From Rhizophagus irregularis (lineage: Eukaryota): DNA of 64,000 nt. The stretch is from the NCBI RefSeq assembly GCF_026210795.1, contig NC_089431.1:496001-560000 (forward strand), read 5' to 3'. Under the pieces are notes generated by a model, which made no database searches, had not been told where the DNA came from, and was given only the letters and a program-made list of their open reading frames with translations. The translations under genes were made by a program, and so were the position numbers. Within the stretch, counting starts at the first letter, position 1, and every line of letters begins with the position of its first letter. This document shows positions 14,525-26,392 of this stretch, piece after piece.

Positions 14525-17500
14525 ATGCCAAAGAATTTATGGAAAATCCTTGATTATGAAAAGTATGAGGTAAAAGAAATTCACTTTATTATTGATATGA
14601 TAAATTGCTAAATTTTTTTTTTTAATTAAATAATTATAATTTTTTAAACCGCGCATTTTATTTTAATAGGACTATGTTACGTTTCCTTCAATTGATGAAC
14701 AAGAGATAGACGAAAGAGTAGTCTATATGGATGACTTAGAAAAAAGAAAACAAGCGTATGGAATATGTGGAGAATGTAATGAACCTGGCACAGGAGAATT
14801 TTGGTGTCAACCTTGTGATGCTAAAAGATTTAGAGAAAATTTTAAAAATTGGACTAGTGAAAATGAAGCTATCGATGAATTTATTCAGCAATCTCAACTT
14901 AGTGCTATACATCATACAAAATGTCTTGAATGGATACCTTTCGAAAACTTTAAAAAAGTTACTTATATTTCGAAAGGTAGTCATGGCAAATTATATTCAG
15001 CTGAATGGTCCAACGGATGTATTAATTCCTGGGATATTGAAAATCAGGAATGGAAGAGGTGTGACATGGAAGTTGCGTTAAAAAATTTTGATAATTCTTT
15101 CGATACTCCTGATATAATTACAGATTTCTTAAATGAGGTAATTAGAATGAAAGAATTGATTTGTTGTTTCTTTAGAATTATTTACTAAAATTTTCATTTT
15201 TTTAGATTAACTTACGTTTACAAATTCATACCCTTGACGTTATTCGATGTTTCGGATTAACTCAAGATCCTGATACTAAAGATTATATAATGGTTTTAGA
15301 ATATTGTGATGGTGGAAGTTTGAGAAATTATATAAATAAATCAAAAAATTTTACAGATTATGAATCAAAAATTTTTAAATTATTCCAAATTACGAGGGGA
15401 CTTCTAGATATTCATAATGCTGAAAAAGTTCATAAAGATTTTCATTCAGACAATATATTAATTACCAAAGATGAATTCTTATATATAAATAATTTAAGAA
15501 TGTGCCAACCAGAAAATGAAGAGCAACCAATTAAAATAGGAAAAATATGTGGAGTAATACCTTATATGGCACCAGAAGTTTTATGTGGATGCCAATATAC
15601 AAAAGCAGCAGATATTTACTCATTTGGAATAGTGATGAATGAGTTTCTTTCAGAGGAAGTTCCCTTTAATGATATTTCTCATAACCGCATTTTAGCCATT
15701 AAAATATGTAATGGACTTAGACCAAAAATTTCTGAAGATATACCAAAATTGTTTGTAGATTTGATCAATAAATGTTGGGATGCTAAAGCTGAAAACAGAC
15801 CAACTGCTAAAGAATTATATCAAATATTTATTAAATTGAATTATGATAAATATTTTAGCAATAGTGAAATCTATTTTCAAATAGAAGAAAGTGATAAAAT
15901 CATGAAGAATGAAATAAAAAGCAGTTCAAAAAAAAATAATTCTAAAAATACTCATGTACTCTCCAATTCAATTTATACTAATAAGTTTTTATATTCCGAA
16001 AACTCTCCGGAATCATTATCTCTTCGATTTATTTGCAGGTAAATTTAAATTTATTTTCTTAATTAAATATTTATTTTATTATTAATAACAATTTATTTAT
16101 TCATAGATGTTGTAAGTCAGATGGTCATCAGGTAAAAAAAATTTACTTATTTGTTAAATCTTACTACTAATAATTTACATTAAAATAGTAATAATATTTT
16201 TAATTAATTGTTAAAAGGATCGTGTTATAATTTCTACTATTGATTTAACTACAGAGATTGATGACAAAATTGTCTATATGGAAGATTTAGAAAAAAGAAA
16301 ACAATTGTATGGAATATGTAAAGAATGTAATGAACCTGGCACAGGGTTTTATTGGTGTCGACCTTGTAATGCTAAAAGATTCAAGGATAACTTTAAAAAT
16401 TGGACTAGTGGAAATAAAGATATTGATGAGTTTATACAACAATCACAACTTAATGGTGTATATTATCTTGAATGGATACCTTTTGAAAAATTTCAAAATA
16501 TCACTTATATTGCAGAAGGTGATTTTGGAAAGATTTATTCAGCTGAATGGCCTGAAGGATTTATTAATTATTGGAATATTGAAAATCAAAAATGGTATAG
16601 ATTCAAAAGTTTTGATAAATATGCATTAAAAAGTTTGAATAATTCTTCTGATATATCATATTTTTTAAATGAGGTAATTTAACTTACTTTGTCTTATATA
16701 TAAAGATTGTTATTTGCATTTATTTATTAATAAAAGTATTCCTTTTTGATGATAATTAGATTAAATCTCATCTTCAGTTTTACACTTTTAACATTGTTCG
16801 TTGTTATGGAATAACTCAATATCCAAATACTAAAGAATATATGATGGTTTTAATGTATTGTAAAGGTGGTAATTTAAGATGTTATTTAAATGAATCTAAA
16901 GGCTATATAAACTATGCATCAAAAATTGATATGTTACAAGCTATTGCAGAAGGACTTCTTGGTATTCATAATGCTGGAAAAGTTCATAAAGATCTTCATT
17001 CAGGGAATATATTATTGTATAATGGTTCTAATCCACTTATAAGTGATTTAGGATTGTGTGAATTGGAGCAGCCAGATAAAGTAGAAAAAATCTATGGAGT
17101 ATTGCCATATGTAGCACCAGAAGTTTTACATGGACGTCAATATACAAAAGCAGCAGATATCTACTCATTTGGAATAATAATGAATGAGTTTCTTTCTGAA
17201 GAAATTCCTTTTAATGATATTCCTCATGATTATATTTTAGCTGTTAAAATATGTAAAGGACTTAGACCAGTAATTTATAAAGGTATGCCAAAATTACTTG
17301 CAGATTTAATTATGAAATGTTGGGATGCTAAAACAAAAAATAGACCAACCGCTAAAGAATTATATTATATATTAAAAAAATTGAATAATGAAAAATATTT
17401 TAGCGAATCTGAAATTTATCTTCAAATAGAAGAATGTGATAAAATTAGTGAAGGAAAATTTAAAAATAATTCACGTAAAGATATTTTTTCAGAACATCCA

Positions 17501-17587
17501 TATGCAATTTACACTACTAGACTTTTAAAATTCGAAAATCTTTCAGAACCAGTAAATTCTTCGGATTTACCTTCTCAATTTTCTTGA
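14525..17587 (+). CDS. TKL kinase units K1 (pseudokinase) and K2 (kinase); probably one tandem two-domain gene
   Basis: Exons 14525-14569, 14670-15137, 15206-16038, 16107-16131, 16218-~16674, ~16760-17587 join in frame with GT-AG introns. K1 has HKDFHSDN and NLR in place of DLG; K2 has ALK, HKDLHSGN, SDLG, APE. Confidence 0.75.
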
Positions 17588-18127
17588 GGTAATTTACTTA
17601 ATTTTGTTATTTTAAACTAACTTACTTGATTAATTATTATTTGTTTAACTGTATAATAGACGATGACGATAATATTTTACCAAATCAATCAGATCCAAGT
17701 AAGTAATTCTATTAACAATTACTATATTATTCACATTTTATACTACTTAACATTATTATTTAATTTATAGTTTCAGAATGTTTAAGTAAACATTGTTTTA
17801 AAGTATATATATTATTTAAATGTATTTAATTGATACTCATGTACATGATTTACCGACCTATTTATTTTATTTGCTTTTACTGTACTGTAGATCTTAATGA
17901 AATTAATCAAGATGATTAGAATGAATTTCTTTCTTTTTTTGACCCTTTAAATAATCAAAGAACATATAAAAGTTATCTCTATAACATAATTTTCTTTCCA
18001 TTTATTTTATGCTTTTTTTATATTTGACTTCTTGAGTCCTGTTGTATTTAAGAATATTTTATAAAATAAAATTTTTATATCAGTACTTCGTGATCTTTGA
18101 TTTAAATATTGATCGGTGTATCTGATC

Positions 18128-18520
18128 TTAGTATAGTATGATTTTGTAAAATAGTATGTATATTGCATTTTTTGTTAGTACGTATGATTTTAAATCGTAC
18201 GTACTACTTTGATTGTTAAATATAGAAAAATCGTACGTATGTAGTGAAAAAAAAAAATCATACATACGTATATAAATCATACTTTTTTACCAGCCTCGTC
18301 ATACACATTTTCGATGGCGCTCGCTCCTTCTTTTTAATATGAAAATAAAATTTAAATAAACATAATTATGTGTTGTTTTATGTAATAAAAAAATTTAAAT
18401 TATACTATCATACATACATATTATTATATATTGTGATAAGTATATATATACCATAAAAAATCATACATACAAAGTAAAAATTCTACAATCATACTAACTA
18501 ACAAAATCGTACTATACTAA
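18128..18520. mobile_element. MITE with 20-bp TIRs
   Basis: ttagtatagtatgattttgt / acaaaatcgtactatactaa (one mismatch); internal repeats of the aaatcgtac/aaatcatac motif. Confidence 0.7.
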
Positions 18521-18968
18521 TATTATATATACTCAATATTGATTGGTTAAACCATCAATACAAAGACAAAGTAAAAATACTAAAATAGAATTAATTAAAA
18601 TGATATCAAATAGATTTGATGTATATAAGTGCTTTAACATATTTCACTTGTTATTTTAGAACCTTCTTTATATATTCGGATACATGAAGCTGATCAGTTA
18701 TCAAGTAGACAAAGATTATATTAGCAATAACACATAAATTATCATTATTATTATTAAAGTAAGAATTATATTTAAAAGGTTGAGTAGGAAAATCGGCATC
18801 ATTTTTACAATACTAGTAATGTGTGCATTACCAAACATCCAATAGGACTTTAACACGTATACAAATTTACTATATTGTATAATTTCATTTTTACTTTATA
18901 TTTACATATTTCATATAAGCGATTTAATAGCTAAATTGGATTCATGTATAACCTGTATTACCAAATTA

Positions 18969-21869
18969 TGGCAAGCCGCAATGGTCAAAAGTGTGCCGCA
19001 TTTTGCGGCAGGTGCGCCTGTTTTTAGGCGCCTGATGCGCGAAGTGCGGCAGGTGCACCTGTTTTTAGGCGCCTGAGTGCGGCAGGTGCACATAGTTTTT
19101 AGGCGCCTGATGCGCAGGATGCGCCTGGTTTTAGGCGCCTGAGGCGCCTAAGTGCGGCAGTTGCTCCTGATTGCAGCAGATGCGCCTGTTTTTAGGCGCC
19201 TAATTGCGGCAGGTGCAGCAGATTGCGGCAGGTGCGCCTGTTTTTTGTTCATAGGTTTTTTTTGGAAATAAGCATCTTCTGAGCTTTTAGCATAGATCTA
19301 CGTACATTGCCAAATTAATTTAATAATCTGATAAAAATAGTAAAGTTAAGCTTTTTTTGGTTCAAACTCGTTCCAATGGATCGGATGTTGTTTTATCCTT
19401 GAAATTATCACTTTTTTTTTCAACCAACTAAATTTTATTAAATTAAATGTTCGAAATAATTATGAATATAAACATATAAAAAAAATTTTTATCTTAATGG
19501 ATTATCCATTGTATCATTTATTTTTGTTTTATTTTTATTTTTTTAATTTTTTTTTTGCTTATAATCTTGAATAATTAATTTCATTGTCGTTCTTTTATAA
19601 TTGGTATTTTTAGTTTTCTTTTTAAATATATTTGTATAGTGAAACTAGTAAAATTTATTTTTAAACTTCATATGCAATTTTACAATAAGAATTCTATTAC
19701 CTTTTGATTACATAGTTAAATAAAAGATTTTGACTTTTTTAGAAATTCAGTCTCAACATTCCATCTTTTAATGTAAAATAAATACATGAACAAAAAAATT
19801 GAAAAAATTAACAACTGAATACAATAATCACAAAAAGGTCTTTCATGTTTGTTATTATTATTAATCATATTAATACAAGATTTTATAATTATTAAATTAT
19901 TAGGAGTTTATAAATTACCCGGGTTCTAAGATAGGAATTTTTTTTATTTCTAGTAAAATATCCAGGTCTTATGAAATTTGGTATGCAGTAATCCTTCACC
20001 GTGATAAAAATAGTTTAAAATATATAAGTAAAAATGTGTCAGTTTAATATTATTTTATAACATTTAGTTAAAAAAAAAAGTCAAAGGTACAGTATCTTTA
20101 TTAATTAGTTATATAAGTTGTTTTTTTTAATATTATTACTATATTATAAGTTATAAAATTTAAAAATATGCTAAAAAAATTATTTTTTAATAAAAGTTTT
20201 GTAAAAAAAAAAATATTTTTTTTTAAACATAATAATTTAATAGTAATTTAATATAGGAAAAAACATTTTTACGCGGGTGCGTAGCAACGCGCCCCCTTTT
20301 TGGTAATTTTCTCATAGTAAATATGTCGATCATTTATTATCACGTGACATCGTTAAATTTTCTGATGTTTGAATAAACGTCGCATAAACTTTATGTACAT
20401 ATTATAAAGCTTTCAAAAGACACGTACTATGCATATTTTTGCTTGCCCTACAACTTTACTTAAAGACTAAAGTATGGTTTGAATGGTGTTTTTGACTTTT
20501 ATATATGAGATATTATAAAGGGTGCGTTGCAATGCACCTGCATATAAAATTTAAACCCTTTAATATATTATAAATTTTTTTGTTAAGTAAGGTTTTTAAA
20601 GACAGAAATTTTATTTTACAAGAAAAAACGAGATTAACATTGATAACATAATTATTAATAAAATGAAATAAAAATAAAATAGAGATTAATTTTGAGGTAA
20701 TGCTAAAGTTAGTAAACTATTTTTATCATAGGTAGTAGGGTTACTGCTTTGTGAAAAGGGAATACTATATGCAATTCTAGACAGTAGCCCTGTTTACTTC
20801 CATTTGATTTTTTTCAAAATTTTTAAAAATTGGAACAACAACTGAAACAACAGATTAAGAAAATTGATGATCTGTGTATTCCGAAATTTTAAAATGCAAT
20901 ACAGCTTTAACATGATCGGTTGAAAATAAAAAGAAAAAATTGAATATGATTTTATACTCAATTTTAATTTGCTAAAATTAATTACACTAGAATCGGATAA
21001 GCAGGGCTAGTATAAATATTTATAGTACATGACTTTGGTTAACTAAAATTTTCAATACCAATGCTATATTTGAGCAAGCTGAGTAATTTCTATTAATTTG
21101 CTACATTTATACAAAACCATGGATTAGTATATAATTGTACAGTAGTATATATGCTACACAAAATAATTAGTGATTTATAAAAATTTTATGCAATTATTTC
21201 TATTTTTGTTAATAAACTGAGATTAACTGAAGGTAATATTAACTAGGAAAGACTACTTCTTTATGCTCATATATAAATCATGAAAATTTAAACAGTAGAT
21301 AAGATTTGTAATAATTTTGAATTTTTTGAAATAAACTAAAATTGTTCACATTTAAAAATAGTATTATAATAACTATAGCAGGATAAAAAGAGATCATCAC
21401 ACAAACCACAAGTCTGGTGATAATTTCAAGGATAGAACAACATCCAATCCATTGGAACGAGTTTGAACCAAAAAAAAGCTTAACTTACTATTTTTATCAA
21501 ATTATTAAATTAATTTGGCAATGTACGTATATCTATGCTAAAAGCTCAGAAGATGCTTATTTCCAAAAAAAGCCTATGATTGAAAAGGAACAAAAAATAG
21601 GAGCATCTGCCGCAATCTGCTGCACCTGCCGCAATTAGGCGCCTAAAAACAGGCGCACCTGCTGCAATCAGGAGCAACTGCCGCACTTAGGCGCCTCAGG
21701 CGCCTAAAACCAGGCGCCTCCTGCGCATCAGGCGCCTAAAAACTATGTGCACCTGCCGCACTCAGGCGCCTAAAAATAGGTGTACCTGCCGCACTTAGCG
21801 CATCAGGCGCCTAAAAACAGGCGCACCTGCCGCAAAATGCGGCACACTTTTGACCAGAGTGGCTTGCCA
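18969..21869. mobile_element. Non-autonomous foldback-type DNA element with ~440-bp TIRs
   Basis: Inverted repeats ~18969-19411 and ~21417-21869 with GC-rich tandem subunits (ttttaggcgcctga, gcggcaggtgc); flanking direct repeat taccaaatta at 18959-18968 and 21870-21879; no internal transposase ORF. Confidence 0.92.
20266..20550. mobile_element. Small MITE nested in the foldback element
   Basis: Inverted pair tacgcgggtgcgtagcaacgcgccc / gggtgcgttgcaatgcacctgcata. Confidence 0.65.
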
Positions 21870-22561
21870 TACCAAATTAACAAATTATTTTTATTTTCAG
21901 AAATAAAAATTTAACGACCCAATTATATTCAATAAAGCTTTAATATGTTTTTCCATTTATTTAAAAATAATAATTTAAAAAATTAGAATGATATATTATA
22001 AACTGAATACTATTTTAATATAATGAACCCATCACATCGTTATGTTAATTTACCCTTAAATCTTTTTATCAATATCAAATTCATATATGAATATACTTAA
22101 CGTTAACAATAACGATGATAACGTGCTTTGATTACGTTCATTCCTATATTGAATTGCATATGTATCTTTACTCAAATATAAAAAAGTAAACAATTCCTAA
22201 TCATTATGAATACTTTATATATGAATGACAAAATTGTAAGCGAATGTTATATCTTCATATTAAGTTAAAGATTCTCACTGATTCTACTTTCCAAACTAGA
22301 AGATTAATTTTTATTAATTATACAACTAAGGTTTCCCTTTTCTTCACGTAATTGTGACAAAAAAAAAATAACAAATTATAAGCTGATTGACAGGCATTGG
22401 TTTTTCTAAAATGATTAAGCATATCATGGGGAAAAATATATCATTTACACCAAGTATTTACCATAATCCTACCCGAGTTTAGATTGGCCCATCACATATT
22501 TGTCACCAATAATAACGCTAATATAATAGTGTCTGGCTGCATTTAAAACTTTTCAATCTTT

Positions 22562-23790
22562 GTTACGGAGCGAAGCGTAGGAAATTATACTTTTAGGAAT
22601 TAAATGAAAATCGACCAGTCGCATGAGAATTTCCATTTGACATGTCAAGTCATCATGGCCATCAGAGATCGATTATCAAATCCCTTTTTTCACTTTGAAA
22701 ACTTTTGTAAAAAGCGGGTTTTTTATTTTAATTTTATTTTTACCATTCGCTCCTATTTTCTTTTCTTTAGGACTTTATGTTCTTCAGTTCTGCAGCAAAA
22801 GGTAAGTTTCCTTCATTTAAGCTTCTCATTGCCAATTTCTTACTTTCTTTTAGTCTTCAGTTCTGTGATCAAAGGTGTATTTCCTTCTTATTCTTTTTCT
22901 TTTTGATTCACTTTTTGCCTATTATTTCTTTCTTTAGGTCTTTAGGTTCTTCAGTTTTGTGATTATGTTTCATTTCTAATTTTCTTTTAGGTATCAAATC
23001 TTCTGTATTTGTGGTTGAAGTATTTTTTATTTCAATTTGCTTTATGTTTGTTTCTTATATTTTGTTTCTATTAACTTTATTTATTCTTTTCTTTGTGATC
23101 TTTTTTTTTTGATCTTGTGAATTTCATCTTTGATCTTCTTTATTTCCACCCTTCTTTATTTTCATTTCATCATCTCTTATTTTTGTTCTTCGTCATCTTT
23201 CTTAGTTTTTTATTCTCTTTCTACTCCCTTTATTTTTTTTACCCTCTTTCTACTCTCTTTATTTTTTCGTTCTCTTTCTATTCCCTTTACTTTTTAATTC
23301 TTTCATTCGTTCCCTTTCTTCCTTCTCATTCCCTTTTTCACTTTATCCCCTTTCGTTGCTTTTCTTATTTTTTCATTATTTTTTTTTGTTTTCATCTTTT
23401 ATTATTTTTTCTTTGTTTATCGGTACATTTTTATTTATTATCACTGAAATTCTCTTTATTATTGTCGTTAGGTTTCCTTTTTTGTGTTATTTACTACTAG
23501 TCCCGTTTAAAATAGTTGAAATTTTTGATTGCAGATTTGTTAATCTATTTAATAAAACATAAAATAAACTTTTGAAATAATAAATGATTATAATTAAATG
23601 TATTACTTTTAGTTAGCAGTGTATTTATAATAAATAAAATTTTAATACATAAAATTATTTTGCGAAACTATTTTTTAAGTTAAAATTAGTCTACCAAAAG
23701 AGCAATATCAAATCTCACCTCGGATGGAGAATAAATTTATTATATTTATTGATTAATAAAATATATATATATATATACAGTATATATTTG
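22562..23790. other. Pyrimidine-rich low-complexity insertion, probably a decayed repeat/TE
   Basis: Absent from the paralogous flank near 41160; three copies of ttctttag..tcttcagttctg; minus strand reads as broken Lys/Glu-rich sequence. Confidence 0.4.
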
Positions 23791-23961
23791 TATAAATTTC
23801 ACTTCAAACTCATAACGGATTCCGTTTCTAGTAATTATGAGAAAGAACAGGTCAAATTGCTTAATTGTTGTATTTTAGGAAATTATTCATGCGAAGAGAG
23901 GAAAATAATCAAAATGGAAAAATAAGTTACGAAAAATGTCCATGCCAAAACACACGATATA

Positions 23962-24352
23962 CAGATCTCTTGGTTCAAGAGCATAAGTTCGGTATACAAT
24001 AGAAGTTCTGTATGTAAATTTTTTTATATCGAACTTACAGAACTTACAGTAATAAGTTCGGTATATAAATCTGCCGCGTGATTAAATATTAATTTTGACC
24101 AGAATTGATTATCACTAAGACCAGCATAAATTATGAGAAATTCCAAACACGTGATCACTGTTCAAGTATAATCGAGAATTTTTTTTATATACTTTATTAT
24201 AAATGGTAAAATAATAAAAGTTCGGTATATGTTATATCAAGTTTTATATAAAATTCGGTATAAATCGAGATAATTTTGAATAATATGAAACTGGTTTTTT
24301 AAAAAAGTTCGATAAGTCGAGAGTTCGTTATATCGTGGACGAGATCAGACTG
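23962..24352. mobile_element. Tc1/mariner-type MITE (TA TSD)
   Basis: ta|cag...ctg|ta ends with degenerate TIRs; internal aagttcggtata repeats; absent from the paralogous site near 41305. Confidence 0.65.
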
Positions 24353-25069
24353 TAACGTAAAAATTAGTATAACTTAACATCGGTTCATTACCATGATTAC
24401 CATGCTGCTTTTTACATCCATCATTAAAATATTATTAGCAATATATTTTTAATACGTTTTATTTAATAATTAGCATCTGTTTTTATATGTTGAAGAATAA
24501 ATATTTAATTAAGATATCAAAATTAACAAATAAATTTTTTCATATATTATTTAAAAAAGTACTGTTATTATTATTTATAAAATATTATAATAATATTATC
24601 AGTTATTATTTAATTTTTTTTTTTAGCCCAAAATCTAATTAACAAATACTCTGAGCTAACATATTTAAGTTCAACTATAAGATCTTTCGTTATAATTAAT
24701 TACAATATATTCTTCTTTAGAGATCTCTAATATGGGACTTAAATTTTTCTATCACTACTTCATTATTATGAAATTTCATATAAATATCTTGATTAATCAT
24801 ATGATACCAATTTACCATTAGGTCTTAAAATATATAATTTTCATCTTTATAAACTATTGGCAAATTTTTAATTATTTTATCGTGGTTTTGTATTTTTTTC
24901 ATATCTACTCATCTTTGTAAACAAGATGAAATGACTAAATTTAAAAAAAAAAAAATCTTAGTCATTCCTTAATAAGTATGTTGAAGACAAAAATATGAGA
25001 ATAATTAATTTATTTACGTGCTTCATGTATTTTACTTAAAATTAGTCCAATTCCTTTAAATGTACTAGG

Positions 25070-25212
25070 CAGTGTTGGAAAATTTTGAGGTCATTTCACT
25101 TTTTTAAAATGACCTTAGGTCATTTCGTATATGATCACGTGATATATTCATAGTAAAATCATGACGTAATCAGGTCATTTAAAGGTCATTTCAAGGTCAT
25201 TTGCCAACACTG
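25070..25212. mobile_element. Small hAT-like MITE
   Basis: TIRs cagtgttgg / ccaacactg; multiple internal aggtcattt motifs; replaces ~300 bp present in paralogous flanks (46550-46845). Confidence 0.65.
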
Positions 25213-26392
25213 TTAAATAAATCCTAGGTACAGTACATTCGACGGTAAATTAGTGTGTCTTTAATAGCATTACAATCCTTTAGAATTATGAGAACGAATG
25301 GATAATTATTTTAGAATTCAAAACTAAATTATTGATGTGAAGAGAAAAAAAGAATTTAAGATACCCCAAAATAAAAATGACAGAGTTAAAGATTGACATT
25401 ATATTATTTAGAATCCCATATAGGGTTTTTACATTTCTCATGTGATTAACAATTTTAACAATTAGGATCATATAATTTCACTCTGATAATTTTGATTTTA
25501 AGGAAAAGAATTTTTGGAACAAACACATTTCATTGATTTAATTTTCTTAAATATTATTATTTTTAAATTTAATAATGAAACATTATTATATTCTGCAGTT
25601 ATTTACTGTTGTTAATATTCGTTAACGGGGCTAACGATCGAAGTAGTGCGTAGCTTTCTTCAAGTACTTACTATCAGATATATTATTAAATGGTGAAAAT
25701 GGTTATCTTACAAATTATGTACTCCGCAGAAGAATAAATGTTGTCATTAATAACTCACATTATAAATTTCTGAATTTTACTATGTTTATTTAAACTTTGA
25801 ACGAACAAAGATTACTAAAATTTGAAATATTGATATAACAAATACAAATAAGCCGCAACAATATCTTTCCATTCATGATTTCCTCCATTCAAATTTTTTT
25901 GCGGTTAAATTTAAAAATATGTAAAGTTAATTTCTTTCTTATAATCGATTCAATATAATTATTTATTTTATGTTTCTTATTTTTAAATTGATGTATTAAA
26001 CGAAAAAATCTCTTTCTTTGTATGGCCACCTTAATAAATTGTTTATTTGTTTTTCAAATTTTCAGACTATTATTTTTTTTTTTTCGTGAAATAGCAATGG
26101 CAATTGTATCCGCAATAATCTGGTGATTTATATTTTATTAATTATTTTATTTCTTCTAAATTAAAGTTTAAAATAATTATAAACCCATTACATATTACAA
26201 TTGAAAGTGTATCGTCAACAAAAAGCTACTTTTATGATTATAAATATTGGTACACTTGATAATTTTTTAATATGAAATATATATATATCATCTACTAATA
26301 ACTTTTATATAATACCAGCTACCATATATACTTCAATTTGTAAAATGTATAATTTTAGGTAATGCTGACAAAATTGTTGAATCTGATTGGTA

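Noticed and set aside
22604..23562. Phe/Leu/Ser-rich + strand ORFs resembling membrane proteins
   Set aside because: Artefacts of T/C-rich low-complexity DNA.
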